This document shows, in pieces, positions 18,568 to 25,790 of a stretch of DNA of 64,000 bases. The notes beneath the pieces are model-generated. The model did no database searches, was not told the DNA's origin, and saw only the letters and a list, made by a program, of their open reading frames with translations. Numbering within the stretch: position 1 is the stretch's first letter; every line of letters starts with the position of its first letter. A program made the position numbers and the translations under genes. Source of the stretch: a virus. The stretch lies in IMG/VR virus record IMGVR_UViG_3300045988_101835; one strand, 5' to 3'.

Positions 18568-20067
18568 ATGGAGGATATGTTTGGTGATTTAGGGATTGTT
18601 GACGCGCAGGGTTGGCGTGTCTCCGAGTTTTCTGCTGGCGGTGTTAACTCTCAGAAAGCCCGTCTTGCTTTAGAAGAGCGGTATTGGCCTATCACCGAAA
18701 TAACCGAGCGATTTAATCGTCAAAGCGTCAGTTATCAATTAAGCAAAAGAGATTGTCTGCATAAATGGTTAAAATACAAGGAGGGTTTTTCTGCCGAGTT
18801 GGTCAGTGCCCTTTTGCGTGATTTTCGTTTACAAAAGGGCGATCTAGTAGTAGATCCTTTTATGGGGTCAGGTACGACGGCTTTAGTATCAATGTTCAAT
18901 GGGTACAATAGTCTTGGTTTTGATATTTTGCCTATGTCAGAAATTGCTATTCGTGCAAAGACTGCTATTTATGTATATGATGTATTGGAGCTGAAGGAGC
19001 TTCTTAAAGAGGTGGTAAACTTGCACGTTCCGGAAGAGTATGCAGGGCGCACTCCTGAAATAGGAATTACTAAAGACGGTTATCCCAGTGAGACGAGTCG
19101 TGATTTGGCCTATTATAAAGAACATTTTCTCAATTCCAGATATTCTGAGACTACGAAAATGCTTCTTGAGCTTTGTACTTTGAATGCTTTGGAGCGTATA
19201 AGCTACTCTGCAAAAGATGGGCAATATCTTAGATGGGATTATCGCTGTCCCAAGATTACTGCTGCTTCGGAGGCTAGATTAAGACAGGGTAAGAAGCCTT
19301 TTGCTGTCAAATTGGATAAAGGGTCCTTGCCGTCCCTCAAAGAAGTATTACTGGAAGAATTAAGTGGTGTCCTTCGGGATATAGAATACTTAAATAATAC
19401 TCCTATTGGGTTTGATACGCAATGTAATTTTATTGAGGGAAGTGCGCTTTTTGAATTACCGAAGCTTGCAGACGGAACAGTTAGCGCAGTAATATCTTCT
19501 CCTCCATACTGTAACCGATATGATTACACTCGCACCTACGCTTTGGAGTTAGCCTATTTGGGGTTATCCGAGGCTGATGTGCGGGCATTACGTCAGGACT
19601 TATTGTCGTGTACAGTTGAGAATAAATCTAAAATTGAGCAACTGCGGGATTATTATCATCAAATAGGGCAGGAAGATCATTATGACAGGACAATGAAGAT
19701 CGTCGATGGAAATGCGGCACTTCAAGAAATAAATAACGCTTTGAAGAGCCGTAATGAAAACGGAGAGATAAACAATAAGGGAGTCCTTAAAATGGTGGAT
19801 GGGTATTTCACAGAATTGACCTTTCTGTTTTCTGAGTTGTATCGCGTATGTAAGACTGGTGCATACGTCGCTTTCGTTAATGATAACGTAAGGTATGCGG
19901 GCGAAGTTATTCCGGTTGATTTTCTCACTACCAATTTGGCCGAGCAAATAGGTTTTACTCCAGTAAAGATTTACACTTTAAAGCAACAAAAAGGTAATAG
20001 TAGTCAGCAGATGAAGAGATATGGACGAGTAGCTTTGCGAAAAAGCATTACTATTTGGCAGAAATAG
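18568..20067 (+). CDS. DNA methyltransferase (N6-A/N4-C type, alpha-like motif order)
   Basis: DPFMGSGTT (AdoMet motif I), then about 200 aa, then SSPPYCNRYDY (motif IV SPPY). A-rich composition unlike the phage backbone. ATG at 18568 is in frame with ORF 18382. Confidence 0.8.
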   Translation: MEDMFGDLGIVDAQGWRVSEFSAGGVNSQKARLALEERYWPITEITERFNRQSVSYQLSKRDCLHKWLKYKEGFSAELVSALLRDFRLQKGDLVVDPFMGSGTTALVSMFNGYNSLGFDILPMSEIAIRAKTAIYVYDVLELKELLKEVVNLHVPEEYAGRTPEIGITKDGYPSETSRDLAYYKEHFLNSRYSETTKMLLELCTLNALERISYSAKDGQYLRWDYRCPKITAASEARLRQGKKPFAVKLDKGSLPSLKEVLLEELSGVLRDIEYLNNTPIGFDTQCNFIEGSALFELPKLADGTVSAVISSPPYCNRYDYTRTYALELAYLGLSEADVRALRQDLLSCTVENKSKIEQLRDYYHQIGQEDHYDRTMKIVDGNAALQEINNALKSRNENGEINNKGVLKMVDGYFTELTFLFSELYRVCKTGAYVAFVNDNVRYAGEVIPVDFLTTNLAEQIGFTPVKIYTLKQQKGNSSQQMKRYGRVALRKSITIWQK

Positions 20068-20107
20068 CATTATATTTTTTGCGGTTACCTGTGTTGTATG
20101 CATTTAA

Positions 20108-20180
20108 CGGGCGTGAAGAGGTCGGTTGTGGCTTCGACGAAGCGTCAATATGTGCAAGTTATTAATTGTATATACTCACC
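20108..20180 (+). mobile_element. Solo right end of the TnpB element family (orphan omega-RNA-like 3' module)
   Basis: cgggcgtgaagaggtcggttgtggcttcgacgaagcgtcaatatgtgcaagttattaattgtatatactcacc aligns with the last roughly 73 nt of the four full copies. It retains the GAGGTCG-gttg-TGGCTTC hairpin. Confidence 0.7.
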
Positions 20181-20197
20181 TTTTAAAATAGTATTTT

Positions 20198-20545
20198 ATG
20201 GATATTACGGGCATTTTTTCGGAGAGCTTTTGGTGGCTTGCTCCGGCACTTTCCGCCGCTACGGTTTTGCTGGCGGGTGTTGCTAATGGTCTTTTCAAGA
20301 TCACGAATGGTATCTGGCCGCAGGTTGTGGCTTGGGTTATCGGCACGGCTCTGTCGGTTGACGCCTACTTTGCGGGCTTGATTGAGATGGGTCAGCCGGA
20401 GTGGCTTGGTGTTGTGATGCTGTGTGTAGTCGTTGGTTTGTCTTCGAACGGCATCTACGACATTCCTGCCATTAAGGCATGGGTTGATGCTTGGTTCGCC
20501 AAGAAGCCTACGACCTCTACAGCCAAGAAGAAGACGCAGAAGTAG
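20198..20545 (+). CDS. Holin-like membrane protein
   Basis: 115 aa with three predicted TM segments and a Lys-rich C-terminal tail (KKPTTSTAKKKTQK). Confidence 0.45.
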   Translation: MDITGIFSESFWWLAPALSAATVLLAGVANGLFKITNGIWPQVVAWVIGTALSVDAYFAGLIEMGQPEWLGVVMLCVVVGLSSNGIYDIPAIKAWVDAWFAKKPTTSTAKKKTQK

Positions 20546-20635
20546 ATAGTTCTGCTCTGTGTGTAGGAGTTTAGTCCGGATGACTTTAGTTATATGGACT
20601 TTTTTTTTCGTTTAACATTGTTTTTTTTTTATAAA

Positions 20636-20667
20636 TTTGGATTTATAATTTTAATTATCTACTTTTG
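20636..20667 (+). promoter_or_regulatory. Bacteroides-type promoter (-33 TTTG / -7 TActTTTG)
   Basis: TTTG at 20636-20639, 20-nt spacer, TAnnTTTG at 20660-20667. Member of a five-copy family sharing tTAATTTAACTTTt. Confidence 0.6.
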
Positions 20668-20671
20668 TGTT

Positions 20672-20687
20672 GTAGATATAGTTCTAC
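20672..20687 (+). promoter_or_regulatory. Inverted repeat GTAGA-N6-TCTAC at the predicted transcription start
   Basis: The same element and a roughly 40-nt leader recur at 56125-56165. Confidence 0.4.
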
Positions 20688-20708
20688 GGATAATTTAATT
20701 TCGATTTG

Positions 20709-21395
20709 ATGGTGCGTGATATTACTAATCTTGTATGTCCTAAGCGTATTTTATACTTGTGGGATATTCATAATCAGTTGATCGATGATTCGGGCTATGA
20801 GTTGATTAGCGATTTTGAGTATTACAAGAAAGCTATTTCCTCCCACTTGGAGCCTTATGCTGATATTCTAGATTACTCATGTTTGCCTATTTCTGAAGTA
20901 CAAGCTATTTCTGCTGAGTATAAGTTTGTGCGTGAGCTTGTTCAGTTGAATTACCTACTTAGTTGCAATGATCCTGTTGTTCGTCATGGTTATATGGACT
21001 TGCATTTTTCGGGTAGGTCCTCCTATTTGTTTTCGGGTAGGCATGATGCTTCTCAAGTTTTGTTTGACGTTAAGTTCCACGATGGTCTTCCTTCGATATC
21101 TCAGTTGGAGTTGGTGGCTACGTTTTATACTAAGTCTAAGAATCTTTCTAAGCTTGTCTCTAAGCGATTAGGTATCGATGCTTTTAAGTCTGCGTCAAAT
21201 CCGTTGGCTAGTTATATGGATCGTTTGAGCAATGGGTTTGCGTTACATATTTATCGTTCTGTATCTGATCGTAGTCGTCATTCTATTTCGGATGTCTCTT
21301 TTATATGTGATTTTTATAAGGATATTCCTGAGTTGCGTGTGAAGCATTACATTCCTTCAATTACGACCGCTTTAGAGGTGTTTGACTGTTTGTAG
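20709..21395 (+). CDS. Hypothetical early protein
   Basis: 228-aa ORF downstream of a host-type promoter. Confidence 0.5.
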   Translation: MVRDITNLVCPKRILYLWDIHNQLIDDSGYELISDFEYYKKAISSHLEPYADILDYSCLPISEVQAISAEYKFVRELVQLNYLLSCNDPVVRHGYMDLHFSGRSSYLFSGRHDASQVLFDVKFHDGLPSISQLELVATFYTKSKNLSKLVSKRLGIDAFKSASNPLASYMDRLSNGFALHIYRSVSDRSRHSISDVSFICDFYKDIPELRVKHYIPSITTALEVFDCL

Positions 21396-21428
21396 CTGCA
21401 AGTACGTTGATGCTTAAAAATTTTAGTT

Positions 21429-21953
21429 ATGCTTATCACGAAGGATAATATTAAGGATTTCTCTTTGGGGCTTTCGTTGTCTTCCGGGGACGTTGTTCAG
21501 TTTGATATTGACTGCTACCTTCTGGAGTATGTTTATACTTCCGATGTTGAAGGCTGTAAGTTGTCTTTTCGTGGTGACGCTAATGGCATTTTTAATGCTA
21601 CGCCTAACCCGGATTACGTTGTTACGGAGGGTGGCATGCTGGGTACGGTCTTACGCTTGTTGGGTTGTCGTGCCAAGGATATTAAAGTGTTTTATCGTTT
21701 GATTTACGGTGCAGACTCGGAGTCAGTTTTTCCTTATTTTCCGCTCGGCTGCCTTCGTTCGACCTTTAAGTCCGCATGTGCTCCGATGTATGTCCTTAAC
21801 GCAGTCGTGGCGGTGTTTAGGCTTATGGGTTATTCAGTCCATCCGTCTTTCGATTTAGGTCCGGAGTTTTATGAGTTTATGGTTAAGATTCGTGATTTAT
21901 CATATAACGGGCGTAGTGCCTTTGTTTTAGGTTCTAGGTTCACGATAGGTTAG
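21429..21953 (+). CDS. Hypothetical early protein
   Basis: 174-aa ORF with an ATG start. Confidence 0.5.
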   Translation: MLITKDNIKDFSLGLSLSSGDVVQFDIDCYLLEYVYTSDVEGCKLSFRGDANGIFNATPNPDYVVTEGGMLGTVLRLLGCRAKDIKVFYRLIYGADSESVFPYFPLGCLRSTFKSACAPMYVLNAVVAVFRLMGYSVHPSFDLGPEFYEFMVKIRDLSYNGRSAFVLGSRFTIG

Positions 21954-21962
21954 AAGCTTCAT

Positions 21963-22391
21963 TTGGCGAATGTAGATGTTTTGTGTAGGTATCATGCTCG
22001 CCCAGATCTTCTTAAGCTTGCATGCGTTGTATGTTTTGTTGCAAAAGTAGAGCGTGTTTGTTATACGTGCGATTTTGGTACGGGTGATGTGGATGACTGT
22101 ATACGTTATACCTTTTATGTAGGTAATAAGCCCTTTTCAGTTTCTATGTACTTATTTAAGGAGTATCATGATTTTTTAGTTAAAAATAATAGTTATGGAG
22201 AAGAGTGTGAAAATGCTTCTGGATTACAAGAATCAGAAGTTGCTGGACTCGTCCGAGGTGTCGGATCGGGATGTTTGCGCTGCCGTGTCGAAGACCGACC
22301 TGAGCTTGCAGCAGTCTCTTTTGGAGACGTATGTGGAGTACTTAGATGCTCAGGAGCGTCTTCGCGTGTTAAAGTCGTCCTACCCTCTTGA
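21963..22391 (+). CDS. Hypothetical protein, start and extent uncertain
   Basis: TTG-initiated ORF. Its last roughly 200 nt overlap the better-supported ORF 22195..22545 in another frame. Confidence 0.25.
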   Translation: MANVDVLCRYHARPDLLKLACVVCFVAKVERVCYTCDFGTGDVDDCIRYTFYVGNKPFSVSMYLFKEYHDFLVKNNSYGEECENASGLQESEVAGLVRGVGSGCLRCRVEDRPELAAVSFGDVCGVLRCSGASSRVKVVLPS

Positions 22392-22545
22392 TCTTGAGGC
22401 TATCGCTACGGCGTCGGGAGACGTTTCGGAGCTGAAGGCGGGTATTGACTTGATCATGTCGCTTCGCAAGGAGTTCGGCTTCTCGGAGGTTGATCTGGAG
22501 TCCTTCGTTCGGTCATCTAAGACGCAGGATCGGGTCGAGGGTTAG
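22195..22545 (+). CDS. Hypothetical coiled-coil protein
   Basis: 116-aa ATG-initiated ORF with an acidic, helical composition. Confidence 0.5.
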   Translation: MEKSVKMLLDYKNQKLLDSSEVSDRDVCAAVSKTDLSLQQSLLETYVEYLDAQERLRVLKSSYPLDLEAIATASGDVSELKAGIDLIMSLRKEFGFSEVDLESFVRSSKTQDRVEG

Positions 22546-22705
22546 TTTTCGCCATTGCGCTTGTAGGCTTCAGTCATATGTAACTTGGTAAAATCCGTAT
22601 GCGATAAAATTAGCCATTCTAAAGTTAAGGGACAGGCTATCGGGTTGCTTGCATACTTACGAGTGCTTGCGCCGCGTCAACGACCAAGTAGGAGATGCGG
22701 TTTTT

Positions 22706-22791
22706 GCTCGGATGGTGAAATAGGTATACACGCCGGATTTAAGCTCCTGTGATCAGCAATGGTCGTGCGGGTTCGATTCCCGCTCCGAGTA
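22706..22791 (+). tRNA. tRNA-Leu (anticodon UAA), type II
   Basis: Acceptor GCTCGGA/TCCGAGT (G1-U72). Anticodon loop TTTAAGC. Long variable arm GATCA-gcaa-TGGTC. T arm GCGGG-TTCGATT-CCCGC. Discriminator A. No encoded CCA. Confidence 0.8.
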
Positions 22792-22811
22792 CTTTTTTTT
22801 TGCAACAAAGA

Positions 22812-22843
22812 TTTGCAACTTTAAATTAACTTTTTTATCTTTG
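22812..22843 (+). promoter_or_regulatory. Bacteroides-type promoter (-33 TTTG / -7 TAtcTTTG)
   Basis: TTTG at 22812-22815, 20-nt spacer, TAnnTTTG at 22836-22843. It sits upstream of a small ORF and the tRNA/RNA island. Confidence 0.6.
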
Positions 22844-22867
22844 CATCAAGTAAATACTTGTGATGGT

Positions 22868-23116
22868 ATGCTCAGAATGATTCATAGTTGGGTTAAGGTG
22901 CTTCGTGGCCTTCGTATTCGGGTCAGTGCGGGTTCTTTGCTCTTGCTCAGTTCAGCATCCCCTATTGCTGTGGGGTCTCGAGTGTGGCATTCGGACTATG
23001 GTATCGGTGTGGTGCGTATTGTTGGGACGTGTGAGTATGTTGTTAGTTTCGAAGCTGGTTTTGAGAGTTCCACGTACAAGATGTATTGCTGCAGGGTTCT
23101 CTGTTCTTTGGGTTAA
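22868..23116 (+). CDS. Small protein with Tudor/DUF3553-like GxRVxHxxyGxGxV motif
   Basis: 82 aa. VGSRVWHSDYGIGVVRIVG...VVSFEAG resembles the small beta-barrel found at UvrD/PcrA C-termini. Confidence 0.4.
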   Translation: MLRMIHSWVKVLRGLRIRVSAGSLLLLSSASPIAVGSRVWHSDYGIGVVRIVGTCEYVVSFEAGFESSTYKMYCCRVLCSLG

Positions 23117-23125
23117 TTTACATTT

Positions 23126-23209
23126 GCCGTCTTGTCGGAATTGGTAGACGAGAAGGTCTCAAAAACCTTTGTCCTTTAGGACGTCCGGGTTCGATTCCCG
23201 GAGACGGTA
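23126..23209 (+). tRNA. tRNA-Leu (anticodon CAA), type II
   Basis: Acceptor GCCGTCT/AGACGGT (G1-U72). Anticodon stem AAGGT/ACCTT with loop CTCAAAA. Variable arm GTCC-ttta-GGAC. T arm CCGGG-TTCGATT-CCCGG. Discriminator A. Confidence 0.8.
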
Positions 23210-23795
23210 CGACTTCCCGACGTGGTTGCCGGGGGTCCCCAGCCTTGAAATGGTAGGTGCTGGGTTTTATATTGTGCACATTCCGGTTTTAGCTTGGTTT
23301 ATCCGTCCGGGTGTGGGTGCGTTGCTAGAGGAGTCTTTCCTACCGTAGGTTCCGTTTGCATAGCTGAATATCAGGCGTGGCGGCTTGGAGTAGCACGGCA
23401 ACAGCTAAGTATGGGTTCTTTTGTTTTCGCTGCAGTTAACGGACATATGGTTAGTCCTTGCTGGGTTTCTTATAAAGGGATTTCTCAGGGGTAGTGCAGT
23501 GTTTAACGAAGTTTGTTTATGGGGCATTATCCGTTCGCCACTATGCTTTGGCTATAAGGATTCATACTTTTTATACGTCTATGGTTTGTGTTCCTTGACA
23601 TAGTGAAGACGGCACCGTCGAGAGTGATACTCTTTCGCTTTTAACCTTTGGAGCTCACTCATCTTTTTCTTCAGGCAATTCCTTGTGCATGTTCTGGATT
23701 TAGCCTGTCACTCTCACTTGTTAGTGGCGTGTGCTGTCTTCACCTTTTTTTTTCAGTGGGACCTGCCTGAAAGTAGAGTAGGGTGTATGTGAATC

Positions 23796-23820
23796 AGGGG
23801 TTCGATTCCTTATACCGACT
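23796..23820 (+). other. Orphan tRNA-like T-arm and 3' acceptor fragment
   Basis: AGGGG-TTCGATT-CCTTA followed by TACCGAC. I could not find a matching 5' acceptor or D/anticodon arm upstream. Confidence 0.25.
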
Positions 23821-23878
23821 AAGTTCGTCGCTGGTTGGTGCTGGTTTGCAATATAGTGCCTTCGGGGTCCTTCTTGTT

Positions 23879-23966
23879 GGAGAGTTGGCGGAGTTGGTCT
23901 AACGCGCCTGCCTACTAATCAGGTGTCCGGGTTTCCGGGCCGGGAGTTCGAATCTCTCACTCTCCG
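23879..23966 (+). tRNA. tRNA-Ser with unusual anticodon ACU (A34), type II
   Basis: Acceptor GGAGAGT/ACTCTCC with discriminator G. 3-bp D stem. Anticodon stem CCTGC/TCAGG (31-39 C-U mismatch) with loop CTACTAA. Variable arm CCGG-gttt-CCGG. T arm GGGAG-TTCGAAT-CTCTC. Confidence 0.7.
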
Positions 23967-24236
23967 CGCCGAGTTGTTTCCGGTTGTGCTCTGAATTTAA
24001 CTGGCGTCGTTCCCGAACGTATCGGGGGATGGTTGAGGTGATACCATCAGAAATCACCTGCGGGCAGACGCGTATTTGTAGGAGTTGACTTGCGTCTATA
24101 TCAGCAGGCTGCGGTTAAGATGTATGAGTTCACCGCTACGGTTGACTGTATTAAAACTCTATTCATCGGTGCTTGTTAAGCGCGCAATGACAGGCATGAC
24201 GTCCCTATCTGCAGTGGCGTGCGTAGGGCTTTTTAG

Positions 24237-24321
24237 GAAAGTTGGCAGAGTGGTCGATTGCGCTGGTCTAGAAAACCAGTGATCCTTTAGGATTCGGGAG
24301 TTCGAATCTCTCACTTTCCGC
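24237..24321 (+). tRNA. tRNA-Ser with unusual anticodon AGA (A34), type II
   Basis: Acceptor GGAAAGT/ACTTTCC with discriminator G. Perfect anticodon stem CTGGT/ACCAG with loop CTAGAAA. Variable arm ATCC-ttta-GGAT. The T arm is identical to the other Ser tRNA. Confidence 0.75.
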
Positions 24322-24422
24322 CGCCCCTCCGGTTGTTAGACCTAATTGGAAGTCGACTAAGATTAGGTTGAGGCAACAGTTGTCTCACTTGCGTTTGCTT
24401 AAGTGTGGCAATGAGAGGGTCC

Positions 24423-24594
24423 CATAGAGGGGTATACTCTTAAGATGTCGATGTAGGCTCTTGTGATGACGTCGGCAATCCTACGTAGATGCTTAGGAGA
24501 GGATACCGGATGGATTCGGTTCCGCCTTTCGGAGGTTGCAAACGATGATTGGTATGGGCTGATGTATTCCGAGGTTCGAGTCCTCCCTCTATAC
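24423..24594 (+). ncRNA. tRNA-like element (acceptor plus T arm) enclosing a roughly 100-nt insert
   Basis: 5' CATAGAG pairs with 3' CTCTATA (six Watson-Crick pairs plus C1/A72). T arm is CGAGG-TTCGAGT-CCTCC. The interior has extra helices, e.g. ATGTAGG/CCTACGT. No standard D or anticodon arm was recognised. Confidence 0.3.
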
Positions 24595-25007
24595 AATTTA
24601 AGCTTGGTTCTTTTTTACATGGAGGGTTTCCTGCATTTTCTAGGCTGGCCCGAAGCCTACTTCGAAGAAACCACCGACGCGCAAGGTGAGGGGCTACGGA
24701 GGATAGTAGACGGGGTGAAATTCCGCCGTCGAAGCCGATGGAACCGGATGCAGATACGGATAAGGCGTGCGTTCCTTTTGCGAGGTTCGGCGTTTCTGCT
24801 ACGCTCGTATTCGAGTACGGTACCTTCGAGGTACCGTTTCTTGCCATCCCCTTTTTGGCTGGTTAGGGTGAAGATCAGTCCGGTGCTGGTACGAGAAGTC
24901 AGCAGCAGCCCGTGACGGCTATATTGTTGCGGCGCGGTGAAGCTGTCCGATGTGGGAAATTCGGAGATCAGCGGGATGTCCTATTCTAGATGTGGGTGTC
25001 TGACATT

Positions 25008-25034
25008 AGACGGGTGATTCCCGTCTTTTTTTTT
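25008..25034 (+). terminator. Intrinsic terminator closing the RNA island
   Basis: AGACGGG-tgatt-CCCGTCT followed by T9. Confidence 0.8.
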
Positions 25035-25043
25035 ATGCATTTA

Positions 25044-25075
25044 TTTGGAGTTTTAATTTAACTTTTCTATATTTG
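25044..25075 (+). promoter_or_regulatory. Bacteroides-type promoter (-33 TTTG / -7 TAtaTTTG)
   Basis: TTTG at 25044-25047, 20-nt spacer, TAnnTTTG at 25068-25075. Confidence 0.6.
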
Positions 25076-25104
25076 TGTGGTGCTACTTTAATCGGTGATT
25101 TACT

Positions 25105-25539
25105 ATGGTGTACGAGGATATGGTTGACTTGATGCGGACCTTCGATTCCAACGCTGTGGACGTTCCTCAGCTTGGCATCTTCTGGTTCTTGCCGGAGTCG
25201 GGTTCTTTGTTTGAGGTCCATACGGAGGACTTTGACAGTTCTAAGGTGGTCAATGGTCATTTGTCTTATGGCAAGCTTCACAAGAATTGGTGGACTAAGG
25301 CTCGCATGTCTCGGTCGAAGGGTTCCAACCCTATTTACCAGACTGATTATACTATGATTCCTCGAGGTAGGGTTTCGTTCGACGATGGCAGGTTTGTGGT
25401 GTATGTCGGAAGTTGGTATGCCCCTTATGAGTCTCTGCTTCGTGATCTTATTGTGGATGAGTTCAACATCCCGTATGATTTCGAGTTCTGTGTTAAGGAG
25501 CACTGGGATATCGGTCATGGTTTCAATGAATTGCTGTAG
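25105..25539 (+). CDS. Hypothetical early protein
   Basis: 144-aa ATG-initiated ORF, first gene after the promoter. Confidence 0.55.
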   Translation: MVYEDMVDLMRTFDSNAVDVPQLGIFWFLPESGSLFEVHTEDFDSSKVVNGHLSYGKLHKNWWTKARMSRSKGSNPIYQTDYTMIPRGRVSFDDGRFVVYVGSWYAPYESLLRDLIVDEFNIPYDFEFCVKEHWDIGHGFNELL

Positions 25540-25542
25540 GTT

Positions 25543-25755
25543 ATGGGAAAGTCAGGTCTTTATAGTTTAGCGTTGGTGGTTAGTGCACTTTCTGCTGGTC
25601 AGGATTTGGGTATGTTTTCTGCCCGCGCCGGGGGTTGCTCGTCTCAGTGTACGGGTGTCGGAAATGATACGCATCCGGTTGGTCACTTTAAACCTAAGAA
25701 GAAGCCGTTTGGTGCTCGGCGCCAGAGTAAGAAGGAGCGTTCTCGATCAAGGTAG
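25543..25755 (+). CDS. Small protein with signal-like N-terminus and basic tail
   Basis: 70 aa. It starts 4 nt after the previous stop. Confidence 0.35.
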   Translation: MGKSGLYSLALVVSALSAGQDLGMFSARAGGCSSQCTGVGNDTHPVGHFKPKKKPFGARRQSKKERSRSR

Positions 25756-25790
25756 GTAGTACGTATAGGGTACAAAAATCTGTTTTTATT

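Noticed and set aside
24423-24594. Calling the tRNA-like element a tmRNA.
   Set aside because: It has no G3-U70 alanine identity pair and no discernible resume codon or tag ORF ending in stops. Its length of about 172 nt is roughly half that of standard tmRNAs. I kept it only as an unclassified tRNA-like RNA.
24700-24760. GGGGTGAAATTCCGCC resembling the GGTGAAAATCC core of a cobalamin riboswitch, and TCAGTCCGG..GAAGTCAGCAGCAGCC (24875-24910) resembling SRP RNA domain IV.
   Set aside because: The other obligatory elements are absent. There is no B12 box or CCCGCAACTGT, and no GNRA-capped helix 8 geometry. Both resemblances are short and probably fortuitous.
24463-24915. The 150-aa + strand ORF (and the 135-aa minus-strand ORF 24440..24847) inside the RNA island as real proteins.
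   Set aside because: Neither has a recognisable motif. The region is full of helices and a tRNA-like element and lies between tRNAs and a terminator. Coding cannot be fully excluded without comparative data.
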